This document shows, one piece after another, positions 27,501 to 37,481 of a stretch of DNA of 64,000 nt. The position numbers were made by a program, and so were the translations under genes. How positions within the stretch are numbered: position 1 is the stretch's first letter; each line of letters starts with the position of its first letter. The stretch is taken from assembly GCA_934229625.1 (NCBI GenBank), contig CAKQDU010000004.1, positions 27,295 through 91,294 of the forward strand, in the 5' to 3' direction. Under the pieces are notes generated by a model that did not search any database, had not been told where the DNA came from, and saw only the letters and a list, made by a program, of their open reading frames with translations. The DNA is from an uncultured Alphaproteobacteria bacterium. GTDB lineage: Bacteria > Pseudomonadota > Alphaproteobacteria > RF32 > CAG-239.

Positions 27501-29634
27501 TACTGCTTGACGAACTGCTGCTGTTATTATTTGCTTCATAGATTATTGTTCCGGCATTGACGAGTTTACTATAGTTACCGCCAAATACTTCAGAAGACAC
27601 AGCATTGCGATAAATGTGAATAGTGCCATTGTTTGTGATGCTTGTATTGCCGCTATAATCATTTTTCATAGCTGTGGAATTGTTGGAATATACATTTATT
27701 TGTCCATTATTAACTAATGATGTTAAAGTGCTGTCGCTTGAACCATACATACCGATATTATTAGTATAAAGAGTCGCGGAACCGTCATTTCCTAAAATTA
27801 TGATACCGCTTTTATCGTTTGTTAATGTTCCGCCGTTATAAGATGCCATTCCATAGCCGTTGCTGGCGTTAAGTTTGATATTTCCGCTGTTGGTTATGGC
27901 CGGTTTTACAGCCGTATAAAGTCCAGAAACCGAACCTGAACCTTCTACTGCCAACATACCATAAGCCATACGCTGATTATCGCCGTTTGTTTGAATGGTG
28001 ATAGTTGCATTTTGATTATTGGTAATTTTACCGCCATGCACGGATTGCATACCGGCCGCAACAGCGACATTTCCGGACGCAGAGCTTCCTTCTGAATCGG
28101 TAGAAGACCTATCGTCCAAAGTAATGTTTATATTTCCATTGTTTGCAGCTGTGGTATTGGCTTCAGCGCGAATACCGACAATTCCTCCCAAACCTTTGCG
28201 CAAAGTTTTTGTAGAATCAAATGTATATAAACCTGTATATCCCAAATCAATTGTGCCGTTGTTTGTTAATATGGATTTTTCAGCGCGTTGAATATTTTTT
28301 GAACCGTTTAAAAAGCCGTCATCCAAATAACTTCCCATGCCGATAATATTAACTTTGATTTCAGAGGCGGCGGCTCCTGCGTCGCCTGCGCTTAGTTTTA
28401 TGGTGCCGCTGTTTAAGGCGGTGTTGGTATTGTTAAGGGCTTGTGTTCCGGAATTTATAATCATGGTTTCCATACCGATAATCGTACCTGATACGGCGGT
28501 TGTCTTAGTGTTTTCAGAAGAACCATCGGAGCCGGAACCGCTGCTTTGGGTATTGTCTTTAGTTGGGGCGGAAATGGCTTTTGTTGCCGAGCCGTTTATT
28601 TCTCCGGTGTTTATAATTTGCGAATTATTATCGGCATACATGCCTATAATGGTGTTATTTTCGTTATATCCCGAAAAATTAAGGTTTATGCCGTTAGAAT
28701 CAGTATTTTGAGCAACTCCGATTCCATTGTTGTAGGCAATTGAGTTGTTACTGGCAATCATTGCGACCGAACTGTTAAAAGCATCGGCGTTTATATAGCC
28801 ATTATTAACAACCTGACTGTTATTAACAGCAGCCATAGCGGTTGAACCTTCGTTTATGGAAATTTTGGTATCTTTATTATTTGTATATGAGCCTCCGTTT
28901 ATGGCTTCTAAGCCTATATGCATATATTTTCCTGCTTCTATCGGATTTTCATTAAATTTAAGTTCGGCAATTTTTGTTATATTCGGATTATTTACATCCA
29001 ATATACTGCTATTTGCCGCTTTTCCGGTGGTTGTATTATATATTGAACCCAAAGAGCCAAGAACGGAACCGAGATAATCGTTTGTTTCAGAGCCGCCGGC
29101 GTTGCTGTCGCTGCTTCCACCGCCTCCTCCTCCGCCCATAGCCAATGCGGCAATACCGCCGCCTACGGCCAAACCACCTAATAACCACCACGTTGTAGAA
29201 GAAATTTTGTAGCTTTCTTTTCCCATTTTTCCAAAAGCTTCACGAGGTGTAGCCGTTATTGAAACAGCTTTTGAGGAGTTTACGAAATCTTCATAATAAG
29301 GAATTTTCTGCACACATGGATGACGAGGATTTGCTCCGGCGGCGCGGAACGCGTTATATGTATAGGAATCACGATTTTGCGCGGCAACACATAGACCTGT
29401 GTCTCCGTTTTGATTTATGGTGTCTATATTCATACCCCGTCTGACGGAAGCACGCAGAGCTTCAACTTCGCCGTTTTGGGCCAAGTTATACATTCTGTTA
29501 AAAGATAATGGCGCTAAATTGTAGGCAAAAGCCTGAAAAGGCATGGAAGACAAGCCAATTGAAGCTATAGAAAACAAGCCGGCAGTTTTTAGCAAAATCT
29601 TATTATTTAACATATCAATCCTCATTAAAGACAA
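24577..29634 (-). CDS. large autotransporter (type Va) with N-terminal ankyrin-repeat module
   Basis: 1685 aa with a long signal region ending FQAFA. ANK-like [34 protein letters not shown], a Gly-rich hydrophobic segment, and a ~1100-aa passenger of degenerate NNG(T/I)I...-type beta-helix repeats. The C-terminal ~280 aa has a beta-barrel pattern ending [10 protein letters not shown] (terminal aromatic). Confidence 0.85.
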   Translation of the reverse strand: MSLMRIDMLNNKILLKTAGLFSIASIGLSSMPFQAFAYNLAPLSFNRMYNLAQNGEVEALRASVRRGMNIDTINQNGDTGLCVAAQNRDSYTYNAFRAAGANPRHPCVQKIPYYEDFVNSSKAVSITATPREAFGKMGKESYKISSTTWWLLGGLAVGGGIAALAMGGGGGGGSSDSNAGGSETNDYLGSVLGSLGSIYNTTTGKAANSSILDVNNPNITKIAELKFNENPIEAGKYMHIGLEAINGGSYTNNKDTKISINEGSTAMAAVNNSQVVNNGYINADAFNSSVAMIASNNSIAYNNGIGVAQNTDSNGINLNFSGYNENNTIIGMYADNNSQIINTGEINGSATKAISAPTKDNTQSSGSGSDGSSENTKTTAVSGTIIGMETMIINSGTQALNNTNTALNSGTIKLSAGDAGAAASEIKVNIIGMGSYLDDGFLNGSKNIQRAEKSILTNNGTIDLGYTGLYTFDSTKTLRKGLGGIVGIRAEANTTAANNGNINITLDDRSSTDSEGSSASGNVAVAAGMQSVHGGKITNNQNATITIQTNGDNQRMAYGMLAVEGSGSVSGLYTAVKPAITNSGNIKLNASNGYGMASYNGGTLTNDKSGIIILGNDGSATLYTNNIGMYGSSDSTLTSLVNNGQINVYSNNSTAMKNDYSGNTSITNNGTIHIYRNAVSSEVFGGNYSKLVNAGTIIYEANNNSSSSSSSSSSDAKNLLNLKQNVMNTKSPSLTSSVTSSETESIINSGTITLSSADTSAMTVESKQGSATNTGIINLMSDNTNYGNTGMHLTSDAISVAKIVNQGTINVNTGYSTGMSSAATSIANMINDKNGVINVVEKKSFGMYATGNSHITNNGIINIYGDDNTAIYSAGTNENKDGAVIKNNIIKIFGKNAVVFRIEGKAKVEEVGNIIICDKNADGANCKSDAADSLTYYLVSGSSGDLTLTRNQSIAKGTMIKLKDASTLTINSGVQLSVTEKGTIINAEDSSGTITNNGTLRLNNTSDSTAVSVGSANFDNTNEIEIVHTSAGNSNKNIAVSVGSGTFNNSGNISIQSDFSTGIISAGQTTNTGSIYISGSSGTGINVGGETTTNSGNITVIGNGGIGAAVNSGEFINSGTITIGSASNYVSSGTGIEVKGGTAKNENGGKIIVYGSGSSGVKLYGGEFSNEGTITINQGGQSGTSYGIYLTAGTATNNGSIIVNNGAVKCTGLDCEDETESENSEESSAKSTAIMVKNNASFINNGTINYEANVDFDASTQNNGSIEIGKNGSYTAPVLKGTVTANADITQSGFETTYRNDNSFIGKDAGLNVVSGSYMFNAEKAANESGNTDVIMTMKSFAETVADKELASYLSTNYAAQKGEGVFNTLKGASSASAFDMAINREFGFSMVPNLAKQDLDLLSNINRAANDDILTQTDEINRAKVNVMAYQQEFDGKQNVSGYKDKVTAVYGFSDYQIANNWRAGFGAAAARSDSDFDDDSSRYNNVLEVFAPLTYTNDNFRAMAKPKVGFGNGHYSRSGVDKAYKADLTNYYYGVDAEARQTINVNVAQIEPVIGANITEVKIDDLKENNGGLKADSDKVTSIQSVIGMDIKKEFELGKEQSVLLTAGGRYFHEFGNKYSTMATMDNMLGSYQISSNRLQRNSGLLTMKAQYDYKKLSLSAAVNAPLEQKSNVYYLFNLGYKF

Positions 29635-29693
29635 AATCTGTGTCCAGCATAAATAAAAGAATTTAAATTTTGATTAAGTTTGACGGATTGGAT

Positions 29694-29731
29694 AATAAAA
29701 AAAGACTTTGTTTCATGTGAAACAAAGTCTT
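29694..29731 (-). terminator. intrinsic terminator ending the oxidoreductase / small-peptide transcription unit
   Basis: 14-bp stem AAGACTTTGTTTCA(29702-29715)/TGAAACAAAGTCTT(29718-29731), followed on the minus strand by U8. Confidence 0.8.
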
Positions 29732-29784
29732 GTATCTTAGTTGTTATTTGTTTATTCAGTCGTTAGATTTTTCATATAAACAAC

Positions 29785-29919
29785 CTATTTACTGATTGAA
29801 ATTTCGTCAATTTCTTCCATCTCCGAGGCGGAGTTGCTGCATCCGCAGCCGCAACCGCTTTTAGAAACAGTCGGTTTAGCCTGTTGGGAAGGTTTTTTGT
29901 TGTCATATGATTTTTTCAT
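29785..29919 (-). CDS. unannotated 44-aa peptide with GCGCGC core
   Basis: My translation is MKKSYDNKKPSQQAKPTVSKSGCGCGCSNSASEMEEIDEISISK. Strong SD AAAGGAG lies 6 nt upstream of the ATG (29917-29919c). Below the ORF-track size cutoff. Followed by the strong terminator above. Confidence 0.55.
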   Translation of the reverse strand: MKKSYDNKKPSQQAKPTVSKSGCGCGCSNSASEMEEIDEISISK

Positions 29920-30018
29920 TTTTATCTCCTTTGAATTTGTTTTAATAAAATAACATCGCTGTTACGCTAAATGAGATAAAACCGATTTCAATAAATCAAA
30001 GATAACCGTTAGTCCAGT

Positions 30019-31569
30019 TTATTTTTTTGTTTCATGATAACTTTTTTCCGTGTTAACCTGCCAAATTATTTTTTTATCAGAAATTTCTCCCAAAATATGT
30101 CGTACAGCCGCAAAAGACGTGGCCATTGAATGGTCCATGTTGTTATAGCGATGCTGGCCATTGCGTCCGACACAATAAAGATTTTTGAAAGAATTTAAGT
30201 ATTCTGTCAGCTTGTCAATATTTTTATAGGTATCAAAATAAGCTGGATAGGCTTTTTTCACTCGCTCTAAATGAGAGTCCAATACGTCTTTTTCACTTGA
30301 GATAACGCCCATTTTCAAAAGTTCTTTAACTCCGAAGGCTCTCCATTCTGCCGGACTCATATTCCAATATTCATCATTTTCGCGGCAAAAATATTCCAAA
30401 CCAATCCAAACTGTTTCTTCCGGTTTAGCCACTAAATATGGCGACCAGTTGTTAAATATTTGAATGCGTCCTAATTTTACGCCGGTATCTTGTACATAAA
30501 TCCAGCAATCGGGAATAATATTGTTAAGTGTTTTGATTTTTGTTTGATTTTTAAGGTTTAATTTTTTCAAAAGCAAACCTACAGTTATAAAATCGCGATA
30601 AGGCAAACCATCGGCAATTCGTTTTATTTTGCTTGGAATGCCGTCTATTCCTGCCGCCAAATCTTTTAAAGGCATAGAAGAAATGACAATATCTGCAGGC
30701 AAAGAACATTCTTTACCGTCTTTAACATAAACAACTTCCTTAAACTCATTTTTTTTAGTTTTAAATTTTACGACTTTAGCGTTTTTAACAATTTTACCGC
30801 CCATATCTTCAATTTTAGACGCGGCAGTTTCCCAAAGCTGTCCCGGACCGAATTTCGGATAGCTGAACTCCTCTATCAGCGAAGTTTCTACCTGTTTTGG
30901 TTTTATAAAAAGAATTTTATTTAAGATATCCTTGATAATGGCGACAATGGAAAGTCCTTTTACTCTCTGCGCGCCCCAATCGGCAGAAATATCGCGCGGA
31001 TGTCTTCCCCATAATTTTTCGGTGTATCCTTCAAAAAACATGGAGTACAATTTGCGTCCGAAACGATTGATATAGAAGTTTTCCAGCGAGTTTTCCGGAA
31101 GTTTGCGTATAATAGCGAATATATAGCTGAATCCAGCCTGAGCGGTGGTAAACAATCCCATATTCATAATAGTATTTAGATTCATTTTGACCGGATAATC
31201 AAAAAATTTACGTTTGTAATAAATCCGCGAAATTCTCCGGCGTTTAAGCATAACCGTATCTTCTTTTTCTGGATTTGGTCCATCGGGATTCAGTTCTAAA
31301 GCTCGTCCGGTTTTTATATCATCAAAAGAAGGCGCTCCTTGTAAAGGCATCAGATTATTCCACCAATTTGTCACTTCAGAATCTTTAGAAAAAAATCTGT
31401 GACCGCCGATGTCCATTCTATTTCCGTTATAACGGACGGTGCGGGATATTCCGCCGATTGCGTCGCTTTCCTCCAAAATTATAACCTGATAGTCTTTAGA
31501 TTTTTTTAAAAGCTCAAAACCAGCTGTTAAACCAGCAGGACCGGCTCCTATAATTACAACTTTTTTCAT
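30019..31569 (-). CDS. FAD/NAD(P)-dependent oxidoreductase (amine-oxidase / protoporphyrinogen-oxidase-like fold)
   Basis: N-terminal dinucleotide-binding motif [17 protein letters not shown]...[10 protein letters not shown] and C-terminal [15 protein letters not shown]. Substrate unknown. Confidence 0.8.
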   Translation of the reverse strand: MKKVVIIGAGPAGLTAGFELLKKSKDYQVIILEESDAIGGISRTVRYNGNRMDIGGHRFFSKDSEVTNWWNNLMPLQGAPSFDDIKTGRALELNPDGPNPEKEDTVMLKRRRISRIYYKRKFFDYPVKMNLNTIMNMGLFTTAQAGFSYIFAIIRKLPENSLENFYINRFGRKLYSMFFEGYTEKLWGRHPRDISADWGAQRVKGLSIVAIIKDILNKILFIKPKQVETSLIEEFSYPKFGPGQLWETAASKIEDMGGKIVKNAKVVKFKTKKNEFKEVVYVKDGKECSLPADIVISSMPLKDLAAGIDGIPSKIKRIADGLPYRDFITVGLLLKKLNLKNQTKIKTLNNIIPDCWIYVQDTGVKLGRIQIFNNWSPYLVAKPEETVWIGLEYFCRENDEYWNMSPAEWRAFGVKELLKMGVISSEKDVLDSHLERVKKAYPAYFDTYKNIDKLTEYLNSFKNLYCVGRNGQHRYNNMDHSMATSFAAVRHILGEISDKKIIWQVNTEKSYHETKK

Positions 31570-31713
31570 AGCAGCTCCTTTCTTTTTTTTATTATTATAA
31601 CCTGTTAAAATTTACAGATTAGTTAATAATTTAATTTGTTTATAAAATCTCTTGCCTTTTCGTATTGAAAAAACTAAATAAGTTATAGTGGCAAACCATA
31701 AAAAGGATATAAA

Positions 31714-32115
31714 ATGAAAAAAGTATTTTGCTTTAATTGTCAAAAAGATGTAACGCCTATAAAATTTTGGAAATGGAGTTTTTGTCCGCATTGCCTGCGC
31801 AGGACTAAAGATAGCGGAGATGGTTTGTATTTAGTTTGTGATAAATGCGGCGCCAATATTCCGGTTGATTCATTTTATTGCATAAAGTGCGGTCATGGAG
31901 TAAACGGACATTCGGACAAGGAAATTGTAACAATGCTGCCGGAAACCGGTTTATGGCTAAAATGGTTGCGAGAAGCCGGATTATTTATTATTTCAATCTT
32001 GCTTGCTGCCGGTATTTTATATGTTTCTGTTTATTTTTTGCTCATTGTTTTGTTTTTTGTTTTAGTCTTTGGTTTAGGTTGTATGATTTACAGCGGAATA
32101 AAACAAAAGTTTTAA
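31714..32115 (+). CDS. double zinc-ribbon membrane protein
   Basis: CFNCQKD...CPHC and CDKCGANIPVDSFYCIKCG zinc-ribbon pairs, followed by two hydrophobic helices. Confidence 0.55.
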   Translation: MKKVFCFNCQKDVTPIKFWKWSFCPHCLRRTKDSGDGLYLVCDKCGANIPVDSFYCIKCGHGVNGHSDKEIVTMLPETGLWLKWLREAGLFIISILLAAGILYVSVYFLLIVLFFVLVFGLGCMIYSGIKQKF

Positions 32116-32213
32116 TAAAACACGCCGGTAGCAAATATTGCGTTTAATAGATGTGTCGTGCAATAATAAAAAAAGAACCGATTGAATAATCAGTTCTTTT
32201 TTTTATTATTAGG

Positions 32214-32651
32214 TCAGTAACATAAAAATGCTACTATCGCACTTGCCAGCGAGGCAATCCCAAAAAAGGCACTCGCCAGTTTTGTTTGGTCGGAATGTTT
32301 GGCGTTAACTCCGTATGAAACAGAAATTATGAGACATAAAACCGTCAATGATGAAAACATTGCAAAAAAAGTATGACTTTTTTTCTCCGCTTTCGGTTCA
32401 GCCGGTTTGTCAATAACCGTCTGATTATCGACAGCATTCTCCTTCAGCAATGGAATGTTTTTTACGTCTACTTCATCAACATTCGTCTGAGGCTGCATCT
32501 TTAATACAATCTCTTTTGCCGCCAATAAATTTTCATCTTGTAAAAAACACTTCTGCACCAAAATCACACATCCGATGCCAAAAATAATTCCCAAGATGAA
32601 TACTATCAAAAAATAAAAATTCTTCATAAGAATAAAATTTAACGGGTTCAC
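32214..32651 (-). CDS. hypothetical membrane protein
   Basis: 145 aa with an N-terminal TM (FYFLIVFILGIIFGIGCVILV) and two C-terminal TM helices. No motif recognised. Confidence 0.45.
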   Translation of the reverse strand: MNPLNFILMKNFYFLIVFILGIIFGIGCVILVQKCFLQDENLLAAKEIVLKMQPQTNVDEVDVKNIPLLKENAVDNQTVIDKPAEPKAEKKSHTFFAMFSSLTVLCLIISVSYGVNAKHSDQTKLASAFFGIASLASAIVAFLCY

Positions 32652-32796
32652 AATAATTTAAAATGTACACTGATTATAAATAATTTTTGTCAAAAAGTCA
32701 ACATAAACAGATTGATTTTTTTATATTTTTAAATTTAATTGTATAAAAATCAAAGATGTGTTATAAAGATATAAAGTAATCTGAGGAGATTTTATT

Positions 32797-33615
32797 ATGT
32801 ATAAATTTATTCTTTTAAGCTTTATTTTTATTTGTTCTGCGAATGCGCAAGAAATTCAAGATTTTGATTGGCAAAAAACAGTAAAAGAAAAACTATCAGC
32901 TCCAGGTATTCAGGAGATGTTGACAGATGGTTTTTCTGTTAATGATGTTAACGGCGATGGTTTTATTTCCGAAAACGAATATGGTTATCTGCTCAACAGT
33001 ATAGATATTGATTTTAGCCTCAACGATGAACAAAAGTCGGCTAAAAAATCCAGAATGACGGAATATTTTAAACAAGCAGATAAAAACGGCGATTTTCGTT
33101 TGGATAAAGATGAATATTTTGCGGTTTTACAAAAAGAAACAGAATACGAAGCGAAAGAACGCGTGAATAAAATACAAGAAATGGCAAATAAATCTCCAGA
33201 AGAAATATTGAAAGACTTGAACGAACAAATGGACAAAACAAAAAAAGCTTTAGAAAAATTTCAAAATGTTTCTGCTGATGAGATGTCGGATAATATAATA
33301 AGTAATATATCCGGCAATATTGCCGGAGAAAATTATTTTCAGATGGATAAAAACAAAGATGGCTGCGTTACTGAAGATGAATATGTGGAATATATGACAG
33401 TTTTTGCCTCTGATAATAAAGAGGATGAGGTGAAATATCCGAAATTATCCGAGGATGATTGGAGAAATATTTATCAGTTTGAGAAAAAATCTAAGGAAAA
33501 TTGTTTAACTAAAGAAGAATATATGCGTAATTATTTGGAAACGCCTGATATGTCAGTAGTAGAGTCCGATACTGCCGCTTCTGAATTGTTAACAGATAAA
33601 AAAGTTGTCAAATAA
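32797..33615 (+). CDS. secreted EF-hand calcium-binding protein
   Basis: Signal peptide MYKFILLSFIFICSANA. EF-hand loops DVNGDGFISENEY, DKNGDFRLDKDEY and DKNKDGCVTEDEY. Confidence 0.8.
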   Translation: MYKFILLSFIFICSANAQEIQDFDWQKTVKEKLSAPGIQEMLTDGFSVNDVNGDGFISENEYGYLLNSIDIDFSLNDEQKSAKKSRMTEYFKQADKNGDFRLDKDEYFAVLQKETEYEAKERVNKIQEMANKSPEEILKDLNEQMDKTKKALEKFQNVSADEMSDNIISNISGNIAGENYFQMDKNKDGCVTEDEYVEYMTVFASDNKEDEVKYPKLSEDDWRNIYQFEKKSKENCLTKEEYMRNYLETPDMSVVESDTAASELLTDKKVVK

Positions 33616-34230
33616 TGTTGACAAACACAAACTAAAGTGTTAAACAAGGCTAAATTTTAATAATTATGGCAGGTATATTTTTATTTTTTACATTTATTGT
33701 CGGATTGGTTATTTTAACTTTATTCCGAATTTGTTTTGAAAGTATTATAGTTGCCGCGAATATATGCATAAGGGTTGTTTTAATACTCAGCTGCTTAAAA
33801 AGGGGAGCCGCTGTAAGTTTTAACAACTTATTGAGAACAGGTTTGTTTTTACCTGATAATCTCCCTCATATTCGCTCGCCAACTTAAAGGTTATTATGGA
33901 AATAATCTTTGCCAAACTATAACCGCATTGTACTTCTTTTTTTAAGGTACTTTGCGGTTTTTTTATTGATAATATCTGTAGCAGGTATTATATTTTTTAG
34001 CGTTAAATTCAAAAAAATAACCGCAGCGTTTTTGACTGAACCCGCGGTTATCGCTTTTTTTAATGATATTGCAATAATTGCCGACATAAACAAAATAATA
34101 AATTGAAAAAGCTTTTCTATTTTTAATCTGTAAATGTGTAAAAAATAGCTATTAAATTTATATTTTTTGTGCATTTCTTAACTTTTTCTAGTTAATATAA
34201 AAGAAGTTAATCTGTTATTTAGGGGTATAA

Positions 34231-35859
34231 ATGAAAAAGTTTTTGATTTTGCTGTTTATGTGTATATTTGGTTTTTCAGCGTTTGCCGCAGAAACAAATA
34301 AAGATTATAATGAATACGAAAAGATAACTGATGACATTAAAAATAATCCGAATCAAGCTATTAAACAGCTCAAAAAAATGATTGATACAAATGATTCCGC
34401 TGCGTTTGAATATTTAATATTGCAGAGTATCTATCATCCTAAACAGGTAAAGACTAAAGAGTTTTCGCAAATTGCCCAAAGATTGCATGAAAAATTGGTT
34501 GCTCAATACGAAAAAATTGTTCCAAATGAGCCTTTTTATAGAATGTATCAAGAGCATTATTTAGAATTAGTGGGCGAAAATCCGCTGAAATGTTACAAGC
34601 AGTTAAAATGCTTGATAGAAATCGGGGCTTTGCATTTTTTTAAATTTTTTAATATTTGGGATAATGAAAGTAATTATATAAATTATACGCCATGGCAGAT
34701 TGTTGTTCCCTGCCCTACAGCGCGAAAACTTAAAATGACGGCTATTCTGGATTATGCCGGCGGCGGTCAAGGAGCTGAAGCAATAGATATTTCTAACTGT
34801 TCGCAATATGATGAATATTATTTCCCTAAAGAAGTAAACAAATTTTATTATAATTTATATAGTAATTTTTATTTTGAGAGCGGAGGCTCCAGCCGTTTTG
34901 TTCATCAGGCAAAGGAAAAATACTATAATAACATTTATCGCTATAATCCGGATTGGAATATTAAAGGCAATGAAAAATATCTTAAAGTTATGCCGCTGGA
35001 ACAATGGGCGATGGCCTCATATCCGAATTATAAAAAAGTTACAGAAACTCTAAATTATGGTATAGGTTTTAAAGAAGCGGTAAAGCAGCTGACTCAGCAT
35101 TATGTTAAAACGTTTAAGGTTTCAGAAAAAATTGCAGAGCAATATGCTCATTTAGCAATGATGCCGCCGGCAACCCGCGGAGAACCGGTAGATAAAAGCA
35201 CTCTGCGCTATAAAATTCTTTCCGGTGCGCCGATAAAAGAAATTAAGGATTTGCTTATAAAGCAAATTCAGGGCGGAGAAATTCTTAAAGAACCGCAGAT
35301 ACCTGTTGAGGCTGATGAAATTTTAATGATAAGCATTCATCGTCCTGATGTTTTGGCTTTATTGCTGCAGGAGTGTTCTGAAAATAAGTGTAAAGGAATA
35401 AATACAGATGTAAATGCTGTAAATTCTATAGGTAAAACCGCTTTGATGTATGCAGCTCAATACGGCTTTTTAGACAGCGTAAAAATGTTGTTAAAAGCTG
35501 GTGCGGATATAGATGCTCAGACTAATGCCGGCAATAAAGACAACGGTTATTATTGCAATGAGGATATTTGCATACAGTATGGAGAAAGAACAGCCTTAAT
35601 GTATGCAGTGCAGGAAGGAAATTTAGAGGTTGCGAAGTATTTAGTTGAAAATGGTGCCGATTTAAAATTGACTGATTCGCAAGGGAATGATGTTTATGAT
35701 TATTTGCGAGGTTCTGTGCCTTATGGAACATCTTCTGAGCCGAAAAATGAAAACTTAACCTCAGAACAAGTTGAGGAATTTGCAGAATTTTTGAGAAATT
35801 ATGAAAAAGAACATTCAGATGCTCAAACTCCTAATATTCGGGAAAAAAGTTGTCTGTAG
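34231..35859 (+). CDS. secreted ankyrin-repeat protein
   Basis: Signal peptide MKKFLILLFMCIFGFSAFA. C-terminal ANK repeats GKTALMYAAQYGFLDSVKMLLKAGADIDAQ and ERTALMYAVQEGNLEVAKYLVENGADLKL. Confidence 0.8.
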   Translation: MKKFLILLFMCIFGFSAFAAETNKDYNEYEKITDDIKNNPNQAIKQLKKMIDTNDSAAFEYLILQSIYHPKQVKTKEFSQIAQRLHEKLVAQYEKIVPNEPFYRMYQEHYLELVGENPLKCYKQLKCLIEIGALHFFKFFNIWDNESNYINYTPWQIVVPCPTARKLKMTAILDYAGGGQGAEAIDISNCSQYDEYYFPKEVNKFYYNLYSNFYFESGGSSRFVHQAKEKYYNNIYRYNPDWNIKGNEKYLKVMPLEQWAMASYPNYKKVTETLNYGIGFKEAVKQLTQHYVKTFKVSEKIAEQYAHLAMMPPATRGEPVDKSTLRYKILSGAPIKEIKDLLIKQIQGGEILKEPQIPVEADEILMISIHRPDVLALLLQECSENKCKGINTDVNAVNSIGKTALMYAAQYGFLDSVKMLLKAGADIDAQTNAGNKDNGYYCNEDICIQYGERTALMYAVQEGNLEVAKYLVENGADLKLTDSQGNDVYDYLRGSVPYGTSSEPKNENLTSEQVEEFAEFLRNYEKEHSDAQTPNIREKSCL

Positions 35860-35983
35860 TTTATTTAGACTGTAAAATTTATTTATCGCAAGGCAATAGC
35901 AGAGGCAATTTTTTGACCGAATAAAGTTCTTTACTTTCTTTATGGCATAAGCTATAAAATTTACAGGTATAGAGATATGCTTA

Positions 35984-36145
35984 GGGCGTCAGAAACCCTT
36001 TTAATCGTAATCAGTCACTTGCATAAGTGACTTTAAACTGTTTATGCCGATTTCTGTTTTTGGACGGATGTCGGTTAAATAAGGCATGAGCCGAATAGGC
36101 CGAGCCGTTTTACGATTACGATTTACGGTTTCTGAACATCCGCCC
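35984..36145. repeat. segmented ~30-nt inverted repeat enclosing ~101 nt upstream of pilin-like paralog D
   Basis: GGGCG/CGCCC, TCAGAAACC/GGTTTCTGA and AATCGTAATC/GATTACGATT (35984-36012 vs 36114-36145). The enclosed segment contains the perfect hairpin AGTCACTT-GCAT-AAGTGACT (36013-36032). Confidence 0.75.
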
Positions 36146-36196
36146 GCCTATATAGTGGGTTTTGTTTTTATGTGCAATTTTGGGAGGTTTAGAAAT

Positions 36197-36832
36197 ATGA
36201 AAAATCAACGTGGCCGCAGTATGATAGAAATGCTGGGAGTTCTGGCGATTATCGGCGTTCTCTCAGTCGGTGGTATTGCCGGATATTCCAAAGCTATGGA
36301 ACATTTCAAACTTAATAAAGCTATTAGCGAATACAGCTATTTAATTTATGGATTGTTGGAGCATCTTACAGATTTGAAAAATGTTTCTAAAAATGGAACA
36401 GCTGGTAGGCAGTATGGGTTGACAAATATTGTTGAGGCGGCAAATTTAGTGCCGAAAACATGGATAAGAGACAGCAGTGCCGATTTTCATGACCCAAACG
36501 GAAATTATATCCGAGTTTTTTCTGCCAACGGGCGTGTGGTTATAGATATGTATTTAGGTAGTTTTCAAGTTGTTGAAAATAAATCAGCTTCAACAGCATT
36601 TTCTCCAAAATTATGTTCGCGGATTATGCAGGATATTGTGCAACCCTTAGCTTCTGTTTTATATGTTGCATGGTTTACAAATGATAGCGGAAAATATTAT
36701 TATTGGGGCGAATCTTACTGTTTTGCAAATCAAAAATGCATACGAGATTTAACCTTGCAAGAAATTAACAGCGCATGTAAATCATGCACAAAAGAAGCAG
36801 GTAAAGTTTGCGGACTTATTTTAGCGTTTTGA
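36197..36832 (+). CDS. prepilin-like Cys-rich secreted protein, paralog D
   Basis: Start chosen at MKNQRG|RSMIEMLGVLAIIGVLSVGGIAGYSKAMEHFKLNKAISEYSYLIYGL (the track extends to 36086). The C-terminus is CFANQKC...CKSCTKEAGKVCGLILAF. Confidence 0.75.
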   Translation: MKNQRGRSMIEMLGVLAIIGVLSVGGIAGYSKAMEHFKLNKAISEYSYLIYGLLEHLTDLKNVSKNGTAGRQYGLTNIVEAANLVPKTWIRDSSADFHDPNGNYIRVFSANGRVVIDMYLGSFQVVENKSASTAFSPKLCSRIMQDIVQPLASVLYVAWFTNDSGKYYYWGESYCFANQKCIRDLTLQEINSACKSCTKEAGKVCGLILAF

Positions 36833-37201
36833 AAAAAGCCTGAAAATTAGTATTACACTAGCTTTGAGGCACCTTAAATTTATCTTACGCACATACAATA
36901 ACAATAAATTGTTATTACAATCATTGCAATAGCGTACCATTTCGTTATTTTCCAAGAAGTTTTTTTATCTTCTTCATAACGGTTTTCATATTCTACCTTG
37001 TTTGTCATTTCAAGTAATCCAAGATAAATGAATGTGCAAACCAAAATCGCTATAAAATAAGCAGCTGCCATAATTATTGAAAATTAAAAATAAATAATTG
37101 CTATAAGTATAATAAAACATCAGGATATTGTCAATTTATCTATTTTGCAGTTTTATATAATATTTCTATTTTGGAATAACATTTATCTATTTAAAACAAA
37201 T

Positions 37202-37235
37202 AAGCACCTTAAAAGGCGCTTATCATAAATGGTGC
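37202..37235. repeat. left 34-nt direct repeat of the tRNA-Thr-associated islet, followed by a decayed tRNA 3'-end remnant
   Basis: AAGCACCTTAAAAGGCGCTTATCATAAATGGTGC is identical to 41047-41080. The downstream AATCGGACT (37251-37259) matches the T-arm segment of the intact tRNA (41091-41099). Confidence 0.85.
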
Positions 37236-37481
37236 GCGATACTGTGCAATAATCGGACTAGGAATTATAAGGATTTTAAGGAATTAATAAGGAAAATTGA
37301 GTTGTTTGAGGATGGCTCGGAACTGGTTTTATAACATATAATGTATCTTTAGATTATAACATACAAATATAACAATTGAATAAATTCTTTTTTTTATTTT
37401 GTTTGTACATATCGATGTGGAATAAAAGAAAATATTTTTTGACATTATTCCGTAAAGCGTACATTATCAAAGAAGATTAGA

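Noticed and set aside
27485-27520. Poly-serine tract (S10) in the autotransporter as a slipped-strand phase-variation site.
   Set aside because: The serines are encoded by mixed codons (agc/agt/tcg/tca), not by a homopolymer or perfect short tandem repeat, so slippage is unlikely.
29709-29724. parS-like TGTTTCATGTGAAACA.
   Set aside because: It has one central mismatch that breaks the CACGTG core and the palindrome. It forms the top of a 14-bp terminator stem followed by U8, which explains it fully. It could still be a weak ParB site, but I do not call it.
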